The notes under the pieces are model-generated. The model saw only the letters and a list, made by a program, of their open reading frames with translations. It was not told the DNA's origin and did not search any database. Both the position numbers and the translations under genes were made by a program. From Candidatus Latescibacterota bacterium (GTDB lineage: Bacteria > Latescibacterota > UBA2968 > UBA8231): a DNA stretch of 64,000 bases. The DNA lies in assembly GCA_965215195.1 (NCBI GenBank), contig CBDCDC010000001.1, positions 1,024,001-1,088,000 on the forward strand. The letters are read 5' to 3'. How positions within the stretch are numbered: the stretch's first letter is position 1; each line of letters begins with the position of its first letter. Shown here piece after piece: positions 28,923 to 38,789 of the stretch.

Positions 28923-31253
28923 TTGCAACGGACATACTTGCTGACGCTGTTGGCGCTCTTCCCGCTGGGGGAAACGGGCGCTGGAACGCTGCTCATAAAC
29001 AGCCAAGACCAGTGGCGGCAATGGACTTTTCCGCAAGGGGTGTTGTCGCTGGCAGCAGACGGCAGCGTGGCCCTGCGGCCCTTCCGGCGCAATATAGACG
29101 CCGTCGCCGACGCGGCCGAATTCTTCCATCCAAATGCCAAAGGGAAAGAGGTGCAGGGAGGAATCCGCAGCGCGGGCACTCGCTTGGAGCAAGCCGCCCA
29201 TATCCTCGACGGCGCGGCCACCACTTGGTGGCAACCCAGCCAAGAGGCCCCGCTCGACGATTGGTGGATCGAGATCGATTTGGGCCGCCTCGTCCAAGCG
29301 AAAAAAATACGACTGACCTTTCCCGACACCGAGGGGGCGCGGCCACTGCGGGAGTTTTCCGTTTTCGCTGCCGAAGGAACGCCTTTTCTCACCGGCCAAG
29401 ACGTTTTCCGCTACGACCGGGTGGGCGGCACGACCCAACCCAGCCAGGAGACGGTGATAGAATACGACCTGGCGACGCCGGAGTTGGGCAACGCCCGTGG
29501 CGAGCATTTGGCGACCGTGTCCAGCGATAGCTTGGAGTATAGGTCCATCCAGTACGTCCGCGTCGTCGCCCACGCCAAGAGTCGGGATGCGGCGCTGGCA
29601 GCCGTTGAGGTTGAGGCCCTGGGCGACAACATTGCCCCGGGGACGATTGAGCGCGGCGGCCGCATCCGCACCGGGCGCGACCCGCGCACCATCGCCCATA
29701 TCATGGACGGAACCGCAGCCACGTGGTGGACCTTGACCTCGCGGGGCGACCTCGACTGGCGCGATAAAGGCGATTGGTTTGAGTGGGATCTGGGGGCCAC
29801 CTTCTGGATCGATCAGCTAACGATGGTGGAGCCGCCGCCGGGGTTTGCCACGCTGGGGGTGAATTCGTACAGGAATCAGGCCGCTTTTGAACTATTGACC
29901 TCGGACGGCACGCCGATCCCCACCGAGGGGGAAGAGCGGCTCCAGAGTCCGGTTGATTACCAGTTGCTCAGCTTCGTGGATAACGAAACGCTGGGCAGCG
30001 CGGGCACGAGAAATCGCAATTTTGACTTTCGCTTTCCCGCCCGCAAAGTGCGCTATCTGTTCTACCACCACGAAGCACCGCCCAACCGGCAAACCGTTTT
30101 CCATTTATTTGAAATTTTCCTCTACGGCGAGGGCCATCCGGCCGCGGTGGTGATGACCTCGAATTTCATCGATCTAAAAGGGGCCAAAAGCCTGCGCCGG
30201 ATGCGCTGGAAGGCCGCGACCGCGGCCGCGACGCGCATAGAAATTCGCACGCGCACCGGCAATGCGCTGGACGAAGAGATCTTCTATTACGACAAAAACG
30301 GGCGCGAAATTCCCCAAGGACGCTGGAACAAGCTGCCGGCCAGCCAGAAACTGCCCGAAGTAAAAGTGGCCAAAGCCGGGGCCGACTGGAGCGCGTGGAG
30401 CTCGGCCTACAAGGAGTCCGGGGAAGTCTTTCGCTCGCCCACGCCGAGGAAGTTCGTCCAAATAGAGGTGCGCCTGCAGACCGAAGATCCCGCGGTGGCA
30501 CCAACCCTGCGCGAGATTGCCCTCGACTTCGACGATCCGCTCATCGGCGGCGGGGTTTTCGCCCGCGTCTCCCCGCGCGAAGCAGCCCTCGATTCGCTGA
30601 CGGTTTTTACCTTCCGCCTCGGAGGTCGCACCAGAGCGGGCGATCGCGGTTTCGACCGCTTGGTGTTCGACTTGCCGAGTCCCCTCGAAGGGGCGGTGCA
30701 ATTGCGGATAGGGGATCGCCGCGTTGAACCGTTGCAGGTGGAGGCGAGAGGCGCTGCGGTCGCGATCGACTTGCCCGAACAGGTCCGCACGGACAGCGTC
30801 GAAGTTGGCCTGCCGCTGCGCCTGTTGGCCGCGGCGGCGGCTTTCGACGCTTGGGTCAGCTCGACGACGCAGCCCGATATTCGCCAAGGGATCCAGCCGC
30901 AAGACCCGGAGGCTCTAACGGTGTTCGTGCCCGAGATCGCCCAAGCGGAACACCTCATCCGCGCCTTGGCGGTGACCCCGGCGGTTATCACGCCCAACGG
31001 AGACGGCATCAACGACCGGCTGCAACTGCGCCTGCTAGTGGTAAAAACCACCGCCCAGCCCAAGGTCGCGCTGTACGACTTGAGCGGTGCGCTGGTTGCC
31101 AGCATCGAACCGTTAGACCAGACGCACTATGCGTGGGATGGTCGGGATGACAACGAGCGCTTGTTGCCTCCCGGTATGTACATTCTGGACGCCAAGGTAG
31201 AGACCGATACTAGAACGGAGCGGCGACAGCGCATTGTCCAAGTGGTCTATTAG
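28923..31253 (+). CDS. Secreted tandem F5/8-type-C-like + FlgD-Ig protein (subtype B)
   Basis: Likely TTG start 28923; WIEIDLGR, WDLGATFW, TRTGN, WSAWS, ITPNGDGIND, WDGRD. Confidence 0.78.
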   Translation: MQRTYLLTLLALFPLGETGAGTLLINSQDQWRQWTFPQGVLSLAADGSVALRPFRRNIDAVADAAEFFHPNAKGKEVQGGIRSAGTRLEQAAHILDGAATTWWQPSQEAPLDDWWIEIDLGRLVQAKKIRLTFPDTEGARPLREFSVFAAEGTPFLTGQDVFRYDRVGGTTQPSQETVIEYDLATPELGNARGEHLATVSSDSLEYRSIQYVRVVAHAKSRDAALAAVEVEALGDNIAPGTIERGGRIRTGRDPRTIAHIMDGTAATWWTLTSRGDLDWRDKGDWFEWDLGATFWIDQLTMVEPPPGFATLGVNSYRNQAAFELLTSDGTPIPTEGEERLQSPVDYQLLSFVDNETLGSAGTRNRNFDFRFPARKVRYLFYHHEAPPNRQTVFHLFEIFLYGEGHPAAVVMTSNFIDLKGAKSLRRMRWKAATAAATRIEIRTRTGNALDEEIFYYDKNGREIPQGRWNKLPASQKLPEVKVAKAGADWSAWSSAYKESGEVFRSPTPRKFVQIEVRLQTEDPAVAPTLREIALDFDDPLIGGGVFARVSPREAALDSLTVFTFRLGGRTRAGDRGFDRLVFDLPSPLEGAVQLRIGDRRVEPLQVEARGAAVAIDLPEQVRTDSVEVGLPLRLLAAAAAFDAWVSSTTQPDIRQGIQPQDPEALTVFVPEIAQAEHLIRALAVTPAVITPNGDGINDRLQLRLLVVKTTAQPKVALYDLSGALVASIEPLDQTHYAWDGRDDNERLLPPGMYILDAKVETDTRTERRQRIVQVVY

Positions 31254-31297
31254 TTGATGCCCCCTGCCAAGCCGCTATCGACACGGGAACCAGCGCG

Positions 31298-33934
31298 ATG
31301 AATAAAGCTATTTGGGCCTTGGCCTTTCTCGCCCTCTGGCCCCTAAAACTCAACGCCGACTTGCAGAGCGGGTTCTTCAATCCGTACAAAGCGACGGGAA
31401 CGCCCATTGATTTTGAGTCGCTGAGTCCGGTTTTGCGGAAATGGTACGTGCCGCAGACCCTGCTTTATCTCTATGGCTGGAAGACCTACGAGTACACCAA
31501 CTACGCCCGGGACAACTACCAGCGCTACGTCAATCTCTTCTTGGAAGGGGATCGCTATTACGACCTGTACGGCAACTATATCACTCGTGGTTGGCGCATC
31601 TACGACTGGCGTCAGGAACACCCGCTCGACTTCGGCAGCAGCATTTTCAAAAATCCCCGCTTCAATAGTTGGTTCAACCGCGTCCTGATATCCTCGGCTT
31701 CCAAAGGGCAATTCTACACCGCGCTGACCGTGGGCGAACAGCTGCGCACCACGCTTACGCCGCTGACCTTTGCGAAACCGCTCTTCGACGGTATCCAGTG
31801 GGACATGCAGTCCGACAAATACGCCTTGACCTTTATTGCCTCGCGCATTGACAATCCGGCCGTCCAGCGCCTCGACAGCGAAATCTCGGAAGCGCGGGAG
31901 ACGGTCTTCACCAATTTGTATGGCTTGCGCGGAGTCGCCCAAGTCGGGGATTTCGCCACGCTGGGCTTGACCTACGTCAATGCCAACCACGGGAACAGCC
32001 GCTTGAGCGTTGAGGAGAATTCCCTCAAGGGCGTCTTGGGGGGGCGCTTGAACGCGGAAAACGTCCGCCGCATCGTCGTCCGCCTCAGCGACGATTCGCC
32101 CGAAGACAACACGGGCGGTGCCCTGCTGTTCCGCGAGCGGATATTCATCGACGACATTGAGCATGCGGAAATAAAGCCTTCGATTGACGGCGGGACGCGA
32201 CGCGAGGGCCTGCTCGAGGCCAACGGCGGCGACGTGCTGACGCTCAGTTACGACGTGGAGCGCGACTTCATCCCGGGCGTAAAGGATCAGATTAGCGACT
32301 TCAAAGAAGCCCGCAAGATCGACATTGAGCTGGTGGTGGCCAATGATTTTCGCATAGAAGTGACCTCCAATATGCAGACCAATTTCACGGGCGAGACCGT
32401 CTTCCTGCCGGTCCAGCGGAGCAACGGCAATATCAGCGATGGCTCCAATCAGCAGGTCGTGCGCTTCCAGTACGGCCTGCCTACGGCCAACGAAATCATG
32501 GGTTTTACGTTTGAAGTTTCCGAGTTGGCCGGGTTTAACCTGCGCTCGGAATTCAACCTCAACCGCCACCACCGCAAGTTCCCCAACCAGAACATCGTCA
32601 AGAGGCAGGCCCTCGCGTCCGACCGCGCCGAGGCTTTTTACGCGACCGCCTCGCGGTTGACCTATCCTTGGTTTGCCTATGGCGAGGTCTTCTCCATGGA
32701 TCCGAACTACGGCACCTCTATGGTAATTCCCGATCAGCGCGGTTTTATCGACTACGAGGACGAGCTCAACTTCGCCTATGAGTTTGTCGAGGACAACGAC
32801 GACCAAGACCGCTTTCCCGACTGGCGGCGGCGCGTCACCGGGGGCGGTTTTGTGCCGGGGCAGCAGACGACCCGCGCCGCCGACGTGGAGGTGTTTCCCG
32901 GCCTCGACGAGAACAACGACTTGGTCAACGACTTTAACCAAAACGACAATTTGCAGCCCGATTACGTCGAACCCTTTCTGCGCTACAATGTCGATCCGCC
33001 CGAATTTCTCTTCGGCACTGACATGAACAACAACAGTGTCATCGACCGCCTCGAAAACGACACCGAACCCGATTATCCCTACAAGCGCGACCACCGGGGC
33101 TACAACTTCTACTTGGGGGCTGAGATGCAGCCCGGTTCTAAGGTCATGGTCGGGCATCTACGCGAGTGGTTGATCGGTAGTGCGCGGCGGAATCAGACCA
33201 GCTATGGGCTTTTTACTTGGCAGGAAGACCGGCCGTTGCGCGGCTTTAGGTTTCGCTGCATGGAATTTTTGCGCTTCGCCCGCGACGACATTGCCGACGC
33301 CCTGATCCAGTGGGTGCAGTCGCCCTTTTCGGCCGGCGGTCTGCAGGATGTGCCGGACCGCTTGATCGCCCAGAACGCGATCATCAACACGTCGTACCTC
33401 GACTTTGCCATCCAGCGCCTGCGACCGCTGAACGTGTCCGGCAAAGTCAAGTGGGACCATTACTTTCAGCGCGGGAATCAGGCGCGGGAAAAGCGCGACG
33501 AGAGTTTCTTGGGCGTCATACTGAGAGCGGAGTACTTGTACGAGCCGTTCGCCGGGATCACCATCGCGCCCAAGTGGAAGCAGCAGTACGCCCGCCAAGT
33601 CCCAACGGATCCCCTCGCGCTGCAGCGCAATGAGCTGTCGGAGATCTTTTTCTTAATCGGCACGTACGAGCTCATCCCCGGCCAGCTCGTCTCGGAGTCC
33701 GGGATCGAATGGGAGGTCTTTAGGAATCTGCGACAAGAGCCCGATCCGCTGCCGCCGGCTTTTGTCGAGGATTTCACTACCTTGACCTTGGCCACCCAGT
33801 TCACCAATAACTCCGAGTATCAGGGGTACGCACTTTCGACAAAGATCGGGGTGCGCTGGCAACGCCGGGCCTTGCAGCAAGGCGATGAGACCAATTTCCT
33901 CACGTTTGTGACCATCTTCGCCGGGCTGCGCTAA
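31298..33934 (+). CDS. 878-aa exported protein, putative outer-membrane beta-barrel with Asp-rich loops
   Basis: Signal peptide; aromatic-rich amphipathic strands; EDNDDQD / DENNDLVND / DMNNNSVID loops. Confidence 0.55.
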   Translation: MNKAIWALAFLALWPLKLNADLQSGFFNPYKATGTPIDFESLSPVLRKWYVPQTLLYLYGWKTYEYTNYARDNYQRYVNLFLEGDRYYDLYGNYITRGWRIYDWRQEHPLDFGSSIFKNPRFNSWFNRVLISSASKGQFYTALTVGEQLRTTLTPLTFAKPLFDGIQWDMQSDKYALTFIASRIDNPAVQRLDSEISEARETVFTNLYGLRGVAQVGDFATLGLTYVNANHGNSRLSVEENSLKGVLGGRLNAENVRRIVVRLSDDSPEDNTGGALLFRERIFIDDIEHAEIKPSIDGGTRREGLLEANGGDVLTLSYDVERDFIPGVKDQISDFKEARKIDIELVVANDFRIEVTSNMQTNFTGETVFLPVQRSNGNISDGSNQQVVRFQYGLPTANEIMGFTFEVSELAGFNLRSEFNLNRHHRKFPNQNIVKRQALASDRAEAFYATASRLTYPWFAYGEVFSMDPNYGTSMVIPDQRGFIDYEDELNFAYEFVEDNDDQDRFPDWRRRVTGGGFVPGQQTTRAADVEVFPGLDENNDLVNDFNQNDNLQPDYVEPFLRYNVDPPEFLFGTDMNNNSVIDRLENDTEPDYPYKRDHRGYNFYLGAEMQPGSKVMVGHLREWLIGSARRNQTSYGLFTWQEDRPLRGFRFRCMEFLRFARDDIADALIQWVQSPFSAGGLQDVPDRLIAQNAIINTSYLDFAIQRLRPLNVSGKVKWDHYFQRGNQAREKRDESFLGVILRAEYLYEPFAGITIAPKWKQQYARQVPTDPLALQRNELSEIFFLIGTYELIPGQLVSESGIEWEVFRNLRQEPDPLPPAFVEDFTTLTLATQFTNNSEYQGYALSTKIGVRWQRRALQQGDETNFLTFVTIFAGLR

Positions 33935-33941
33935 CAGGGCG

Positions 33942-35315
33942 ATGGGCAGGACCCTCTTGGGGATCGCGCTGGTCGCGCTGGTCGCGTGCGAGCGTCCCCC
34001 CGCGACCAAGACCGACTATCAAGCGCGGCTGGCCCAAGCCCATGGGCAACTGGCCGATCTACTCTTGCGAGAGCGCGACTACCAAGGGGCCGAGCACCAC
34101 TACCGCAAGGCCCTGAGCATCCGTCCGCTGACCGCCGACGCCTATGTCGGGCTGGGAAAAATCGCCGCCACACGGGGACTGTACGAGCAGGCCGCAAGCC
34201 ACTTCCGCAAGGCCCTGTCGCTAAGTGACAAGCACGTGGGGGCTTTGTGCAGCTTGGCCAATTTGGCCCTAGACCAAGGGGAATACGCCCGCAGCCGCGA
34301 TTTGTATCGACAGGCGCTGGCACTCGATCCAGACAATGCCGGGGCGTTCTACAACCTCGGTTTGGCCTACATCAAGCTCACGGCCTACTACGAGGCGATT
34401 ACAGCCCTGCGGCAGGCCACTCGCATTGATACGGGGTACAGTTTGGCATTTTACGCCTTGGGCCAGATCTACGCCGAGCGTCTCGGCCAGTACCAAGAAG
34501 GGATCGCGGCGTTTAGGCGGGCCGTGGCGCTGAGAGCGGATTGGCCTAAGGCGCGGATTGGCCTAGGTCACGCCCTGCTGAAAGCCGGCCAAGTAGATGC
34601 GGCCGCGATGGCTTTTGCCGCGGCCCTCGCGCTCGATCCGAGTGCGGCTCAAGCCCATGTAGGCTTGGGGTTGGCCGAGGAGCGCCGGCGCGCCGAGACG
34701 CTCGCCGAGGCGCATTATCTGCGCGCCATCGCCTTGGAGCCGGCGCGAGCGCGGACCTATTTCAAGCTCGGGACGCTCTACGTCAGACAGGGAAGAAAGG
34801 AGGAAGCCCAACGATACTTGGGCCGCTTTGAAGAGCTGGCACCCCACGCTGACGAGCTAGCTCAACTCAGAGACCGGCTGCGGCGAGAGCCAGATAACGC
34901 GCTGGCCCATTACGCCTTGGCCGGGATGTACGCCAAACTGAATAGGCCCGCCGCGGCAATCAGGGCCTTGAGAAGCTGTCTGGCCGTGCGGCCGGATTAC
35001 GCGCCGGCCTACAACAATTTAGGCAACGCGTACCTGCGCCTCGGAGCTACCGGGGAAGCCATCGCGATGTACGAAGCCGCCGTCCGCCTTGACACTGCGT
35101 ACGCGCTGGCCTACAACAATTTGGGCGGTGCTCAGCTACTCAATGGCCAAGCGCACCAAGCGCTGGAGTGCTACCAACGCGCACTGCGGATTCGCCCGGA
35201 CTATGCCGATGCGTATTACGGGCTTGCGCTGGCCTACGGGAAACAGGGCCGGCACGCCGATGCGGAGGAGGCCATGGCCCGGTACGAACAAGTCGCCGCG
35301 GCCGGCGCGCAGTAA
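33942..35315 (+). CDS. TPR-repeat lipoprotein
   Basis: Lipobox LVAC; repeated AYNNLG/A..ALAL.P 34-aa units. Confidence 0.9.
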   Translation: MGRTLLGIALVALVACERPPATKTDYQARLAQAHGQLADLLLRERDYQGAEHHYRKALSIRPLTADAYVGLGKIAATRGLYEQAASHFRKALSLSDKHVGALCSLANLALDQGEYARSRDLYRQALALDPDNAGAFYNLGLAYIKLTAYYEAITALRQATRIDTGYSLAFYALGQIYAERLGQYQEGIAAFRRAVALRADWPKARIGLGHALLKAGQVDAAAMAFAAALALDPSAAQAHVGLGLAEERRRAETLAEAHYLRAIALEPARARTYFKLGTLYVRQGRKEEAQRYLGRFEELAPHADELAQLRDRLRREPDNALAHYALAGMYAKLNRPAAAIRALRSCLAVRPDYAPAYNNLGNAYLRLGATGEAIAMYEAAVRLDTAYALAYNNLGGAQLLNGQAHQALECYQRALRIRPDYADAYYGLALAYGKQGRHADAEEAMARYEQVAAAGAQ

Positions 35316-35329
35316 GGGGAGCGACCCTT

Positions 35330-35358
35330 TTGCGTGCAAGGGCCGGAATGGCTATGCT
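35330..35358 (+). promoter_or_regulatory. Sigma70-like promoter of tRNA-Val
   Basis: TTGCGT-17 bp-TATGCT, ending 8 bp before the tRNA. Confidence 0.55.
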
Positions 35359-35366
35359 TAAAGGCC

Positions 35367-35443
35367 GGGCGGTTAGCTCAGTTGGTCAGAGCGCCTGCCT
35401 TACAAGCAGGATGTCCCCAGTTCGAGTCTGGGATCGCCCACCA
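35367..35443 (+). tRNA. tRNA-Val(TAC)
   Basis: Acceptor GGGCGGT/ATCGCCC, D-arm AGCTCAGTTGGTCAGAGC, anticodon arm CCTGC-CTTACAA-GCAGG, T-loop GTTCGAGT, encoded CCA. Confidence 0.97.
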
Positions 35444-35449
35444 CCGCAC

Positions 35450-35477
35450 AAGCCCCTGAGCAATCAGGGGCTTTTTT
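35450..35477 (+). terminator. Rho-independent terminator (probably bidirectional)
   Basis: AAGCCCCTGA-GCAA-TCAGGGGCTT followed by a T-run. Confidence 0.85.
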
Positions 35478-37440
35478 AGTAGACCACGGCGAGGCTGCGT
35501 TCCTGCGCCCAGTGCCCGTGGGCGGTTTTGGCGCGCACCTGCACGATGTATATCCCGGGCGCGACGAGTTGCGCCTTTTCGTCGCGCCCGTTCCACCTCG
35601 CTTGATGGCGGCCGCTGAGCTGTGCGCCGAGGGCTTGCCGCCACGCCGAGCGGCCATTGAGCGCGTATATTTCCAACTCTACCTCGGCGGCCGCTAGCAA
35701 GCGGAACAAGGTGTACTCGATCGCTACGTGGTCGTTGATGCCGTCGCCCTGCGGGGTGAACGCGGTCGGCTGCACCGCTACATCCCCCAATACCTCATCC
35801 AAGGCCGGCCCAGTGGCGACCATGCGCAGCTGGTCCGTGCCCAAGGCGGTGCTGGCGTCGCCCCCTTCTACTTGCTGCGGCAGGCTCTGCCCGGAGCGCA
35901 CAAATACCTCGGCTTGCACCGCGCCCGCAGCCGTGTACAGGATGGTTTCCAAGTGCAAGCGCAGCGTTTGCACACCCTGGTCGCCGATGGGTTCGGGCAG
36001 GTAGATCGCTAGGCCTGCGGGTTCGGCGACCACGCTGTCGGCCGCCACCGGCTGTAGGGGATTGCCCATCTCTAAGCCGAGCAGGACACCCGCGCCGGGC
36101 AGGGTCAGGCGCAGCGCATCAAAGCCGGTTTGCTGCGGCGCGAACTCGGCCCGCAAGTCGCAGACCAACTCGATCTTTTGCCCGGCTGGCACCTCGGCGA
36201 TATGACCTGTGGGCCGCAGGTTGCCGGCCGCGGCTATCTCGCCTACCACTCGCTCGGCTAGCAGCGGGGAATACTCAATCGCCAGCGAATCCAAGCGCGT
36301 AAAATCCCACAGCGTTTGGGTCTCTAGCGCAAGGCGTACTTGCACGTAGCGGCCGCTCGGCACTCGGGGCCGCTCGCCAGAACGGCGCAGCGGCGGCGAC
36401 CAAAAGCTCCAGTGGTCCGCATCGTCGAAAATGGGGCCACGCCAGCCTACGGCCGGGGGATCCCAAGGCCAGACGCGCTGCTTGAGCCGTTCGTATGCGC
36501 TTTGCGTTACTTCCACGAGCCGGCCGATGTCGTCGTACCCGTGATAGCCAGTGGGAGTGGGGTCTAGGCCGGTCTTGATTTCTACTTGCGCGGCTGTGGG
36601 CGCGTCGGGCGCGGCCGCGATTTGATCGCCTGTGCGCCGCCACTTGCTCGCGCCAAAGCGCACACGCCCGAGGTTGACCTCTTGCCCTAAATCGATCACT
36701 TGCGATGTCCACGCGGCTCGCGGCGGGAAGCCTCGGCCGAATACCTCTAGCTCGGCCAAGGCGAACTTGGTGTAGAACCGGCCGTCGTCCGGGAAGAAGT
36801 AGATGCGCAAAAAGCGCAGGTATTGCAGCGGGAACTCAATGTGTACGACGGCCTCGGTGTTCAGATCGACGCTGGCTAGCGCGATGTCCAAGGGCCGGTA
36901 GTGGGTGCCTTCTTCCTTGGCGACGCCGACGGGGTCGCGGCTGCCGGAGAGTTCGTATTTGGCAAAGGCGAAGTTGGGGCGATACGGCTCTTGGGTGAGC
37001 GCGTCGCGGCCCTCGGGCGGGTAGAAGGCAAAGCGATCCACCGGCACCGGTACGCCGAGGTCGAGGGTGTAGAATTCGTTGGGGTCGTAGTAGGAGTGCG
37101 CCGAGAAGAAGGTCGCGAGGTCGCCATCGACAAAGTCGCGTGGCTCGGCGCGTGGACGGAGGTAGTTAATCCCGCGCCAGATGCGGACATCGCCCAAGCG
37201 ATACGTGGATTCGCCGGGGGATCGCCAGCGATACCAAGGGCCCAATTGGGGGAGCAGGTTTTCGCCGGGTTTGAGTTCGCGCGGCTGGAGTGCAGACGGG
37301 TCGGTCGTATCGTCCATCATCCGCTGCCGCCCGGTCCACGCCGCCCACGGCTCAATGCCGCCGAGGCGAAACTCATCTACCGCCCATGAGCGCACCGACA
37401 GACCGCTTAGCATCAATGCAAGGGCGAAGGCATGTCGCAT
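35476..37440 (-). CDS. Secreted discoidin-like + FlgD-Ig protein (subtype A)
   Basis: Signal peptide; FPLQYLRFLRI, ELEVFGRGF, WSFWS, FTPQGDGIND, WNGRD. Confidence 0.78.
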   Translation of the reverse strand: MRHAFALALMLSGLSVRSWAVDEFRLGGIEPWAAWTGRQRMMDDTTDPSALQPRELKPGENLLPQLGPWYRWRSPGESTYRLGDVRIWRGINYLRPRAEPRDFVDGDLATFFSAHSYYDPNEFYTLDLGVPVPVDRFAFYPPEGRDALTQEPYRPNFAFAKYELSGSRDPVGVAKEEGTHYRPLDIALASVDLNTEAVVHIEFPLQYLRFLRIYFFPDDGRFYTKFALAELEVFGRGFPPRAAWTSQVIDLGQEVNLGRVRFGASKWRRTGDQIAAAPDAPTAAQVEIKTGLDPTPTGYHGYDDIGRLVEVTQSAYERLKQRVWPWDPPAVGWRGPIFDDADHWSFWSPPLRRSGERPRVPSGRYVQVRLALETQTLWDFTRLDSLAIEYSPLLAERVVGEIAAAGNLRPTGHIAEVPAGQKIELVCDLRAEFAPQQTGFDALRLTLPGAGVLLGLEMGNPLQPVAADSVVAEPAGLAIYLPEPIGDQGVQTLRLHLETILYTAAGAVQAEVFVRSGQSLPQQVEGGDASTALGTDQLRMVATGPALDEVLGDVAVQPTAFTPQGDGINDHVAIEYTLFRLLAAAEVELEIYALNGRSAWRQALGAQLSGRHQARWNGRDEKAQLVAPGIYIVQVRAKTAHGHWAQERSLAVVY

Positions 37441-37532
37441 GGGGGACCTCTTTGGGGAAAGGGCTGAGTGCCGGTGTCAATAGGATTCGCGAAGCACTCA
37501 GCAGGTTGTGGGTGATCACGCGAACGATTGGC

Positions 37533-38789
37533 CTAGCGCTCTCCGGCGAGGGGGTGCGCGGGCCGCAGCCCAAAAAAAGCCGCCATAATCAGGCCGCTCG
37601 CAATCCGCGCCGCGCAGGCTAGGCCAAAGGCGGCTCCGTAGCCATAGTCGAGGATGAGCGTACCGCCGATGAGGCTGCCGAGGAAGTTCAAAAGCTGGAA
37701 GCCGCAGACGCGGAGGCCTTGGATCCGCGCCCAGAAGCGCCGGGGCAGCACTTGAGTGGAGAAGTGCTGGTCGGACGGGTTGTCGATCACTTCGCCGATG
37801 CGCACGAGCAGGAACATGGGCACGGCCAACGGCAGGCTGATAAAGGTCCCCATAATCCCGAGCGCACTGCCGCCCATGGTGCGGGCCGGGAGGATGGTCA
37901 GGGTCGGTCCGAAGCGGCGCACCAGCGTCGGCGCGGCAAAGGTGGCTGGCAGGCCGGCGAGTTGACTGAGGAAGAAGATCGCCCCAATCGCGGCCGGGCC
38001 GACGCCCAGCTCGGCTTCGAAAAACACGTTAAAAAACGGATACGTCAGCCCCATGGAGAAGCCGCGCGTACCGCTCAGGGCGGCAATGGCGGCAAAGACG
38101 CGCCACGGCGCGGCCACCGGCTCGTCCTCGTCCGGCGACCGGGTTGGCGCGGGGGCTCTTTCGCGGCGGGCCGGAGCGGATGCGTACAACAGCGGCACGA
38201 CAGCGATGAGCGAACAGGCCGCCCCGAGGAACAGGGCGTAGCGGAAGGGCGCCGGGGCCTCGGTGGAAAGGCCGAGGAAGTAGCCCATAACTCCGGGCAT
38301 GAAGCCGCCGATTAGGCTCAAGAGCATGCGGACGATTATTTGCAGGGCCGACCATATCGCGAGGGCTTCGGCGCGCCGCGCCGGGTGGGCATTGTCCGAG
38401 AGGAAGGGGACGTGGTTGACCCACACGAAGGCCATGGCCACGCCGCCGACAAACGAGAACGCCAGCAGCGCACCCGGTGCTGAGGTTAAGCACAGGCCCA
38501 ACTGGGAGATGGCCAGCAGCAGGCCCGAGGCTATGAGGAAGGGCCGGCGGCCGAGGCGGTCGCTCAGGATGCCGGTGGGCAGGGCCAACAGGCCGGTCGC
38601 CAGCGGTGCCATGCTGGCGACTTGGCCGATGAAGTCCTCTTGGTAGCTCAGGCGCAGTAGATAGAGGTTGTACAGCAGGGAAAAGAGCGCCATGCCGGCG
38701 TTGATCGAGGTGCCAAAAGCGAAGAACAGCCGGACATTGCGGTTGAATTCCCGCAGCCGAAAGCGGCTTAGGGCGTGGCCGATGGGCAT
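37533..38789 (-). CDS. MFS transporter
   Basis: GILSDRLGRRP motif A; about 12 TM segments. Confidence 0.9.
   Translation of the reverse strand: MPIGHALSRFRLREFNRNVRLFFAFGTSINAGMALFSLLYNLYLLRLSYQEDFIGQVASMAPLATGLLALPTGILSDRLGRRPFLIASGLLLAISQLGLCLTSAPGALLAFSFVGGVAMAFVWVNHVPFLSDNAHPARRAEALAIWSALQIIVRMLLSLIGGFMPGVMGYFLGLSTEAPAPFRYALFLGAACSLIAVVPLLYASAPARRERAPAPTRSPDEDEPVAAPWRVFAAIAALSGTRGFSMGLTYPFFNVFFEAELGVGPAAIGAIFFLSQLAGLPATFAAPTLVRRFGPTLTILPARTMGGSALGIMGTFISLPLAVPMFLLVRIGEVIDNPSDQHFSTQVLPRRFWARIQGLRVCGFQLLNFLGSLIGGTLILDYGYGAAFGLACAARIASGLIMAAFFGLRPAHPLAGER

Noticed and set aside
31343-33157. 604-aa minus-strand ORF (likewise 45519..47576, 58557..60164, 10972..12012)
   Set aside because: Antisense shadows of well-supported genes in GC-rich DNA, with no motifs of their own
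35367-35443. tRNA-Val as an island integration site
   Set aside because: No integrase nearby and no duplicated tRNA 3' end seen in the window
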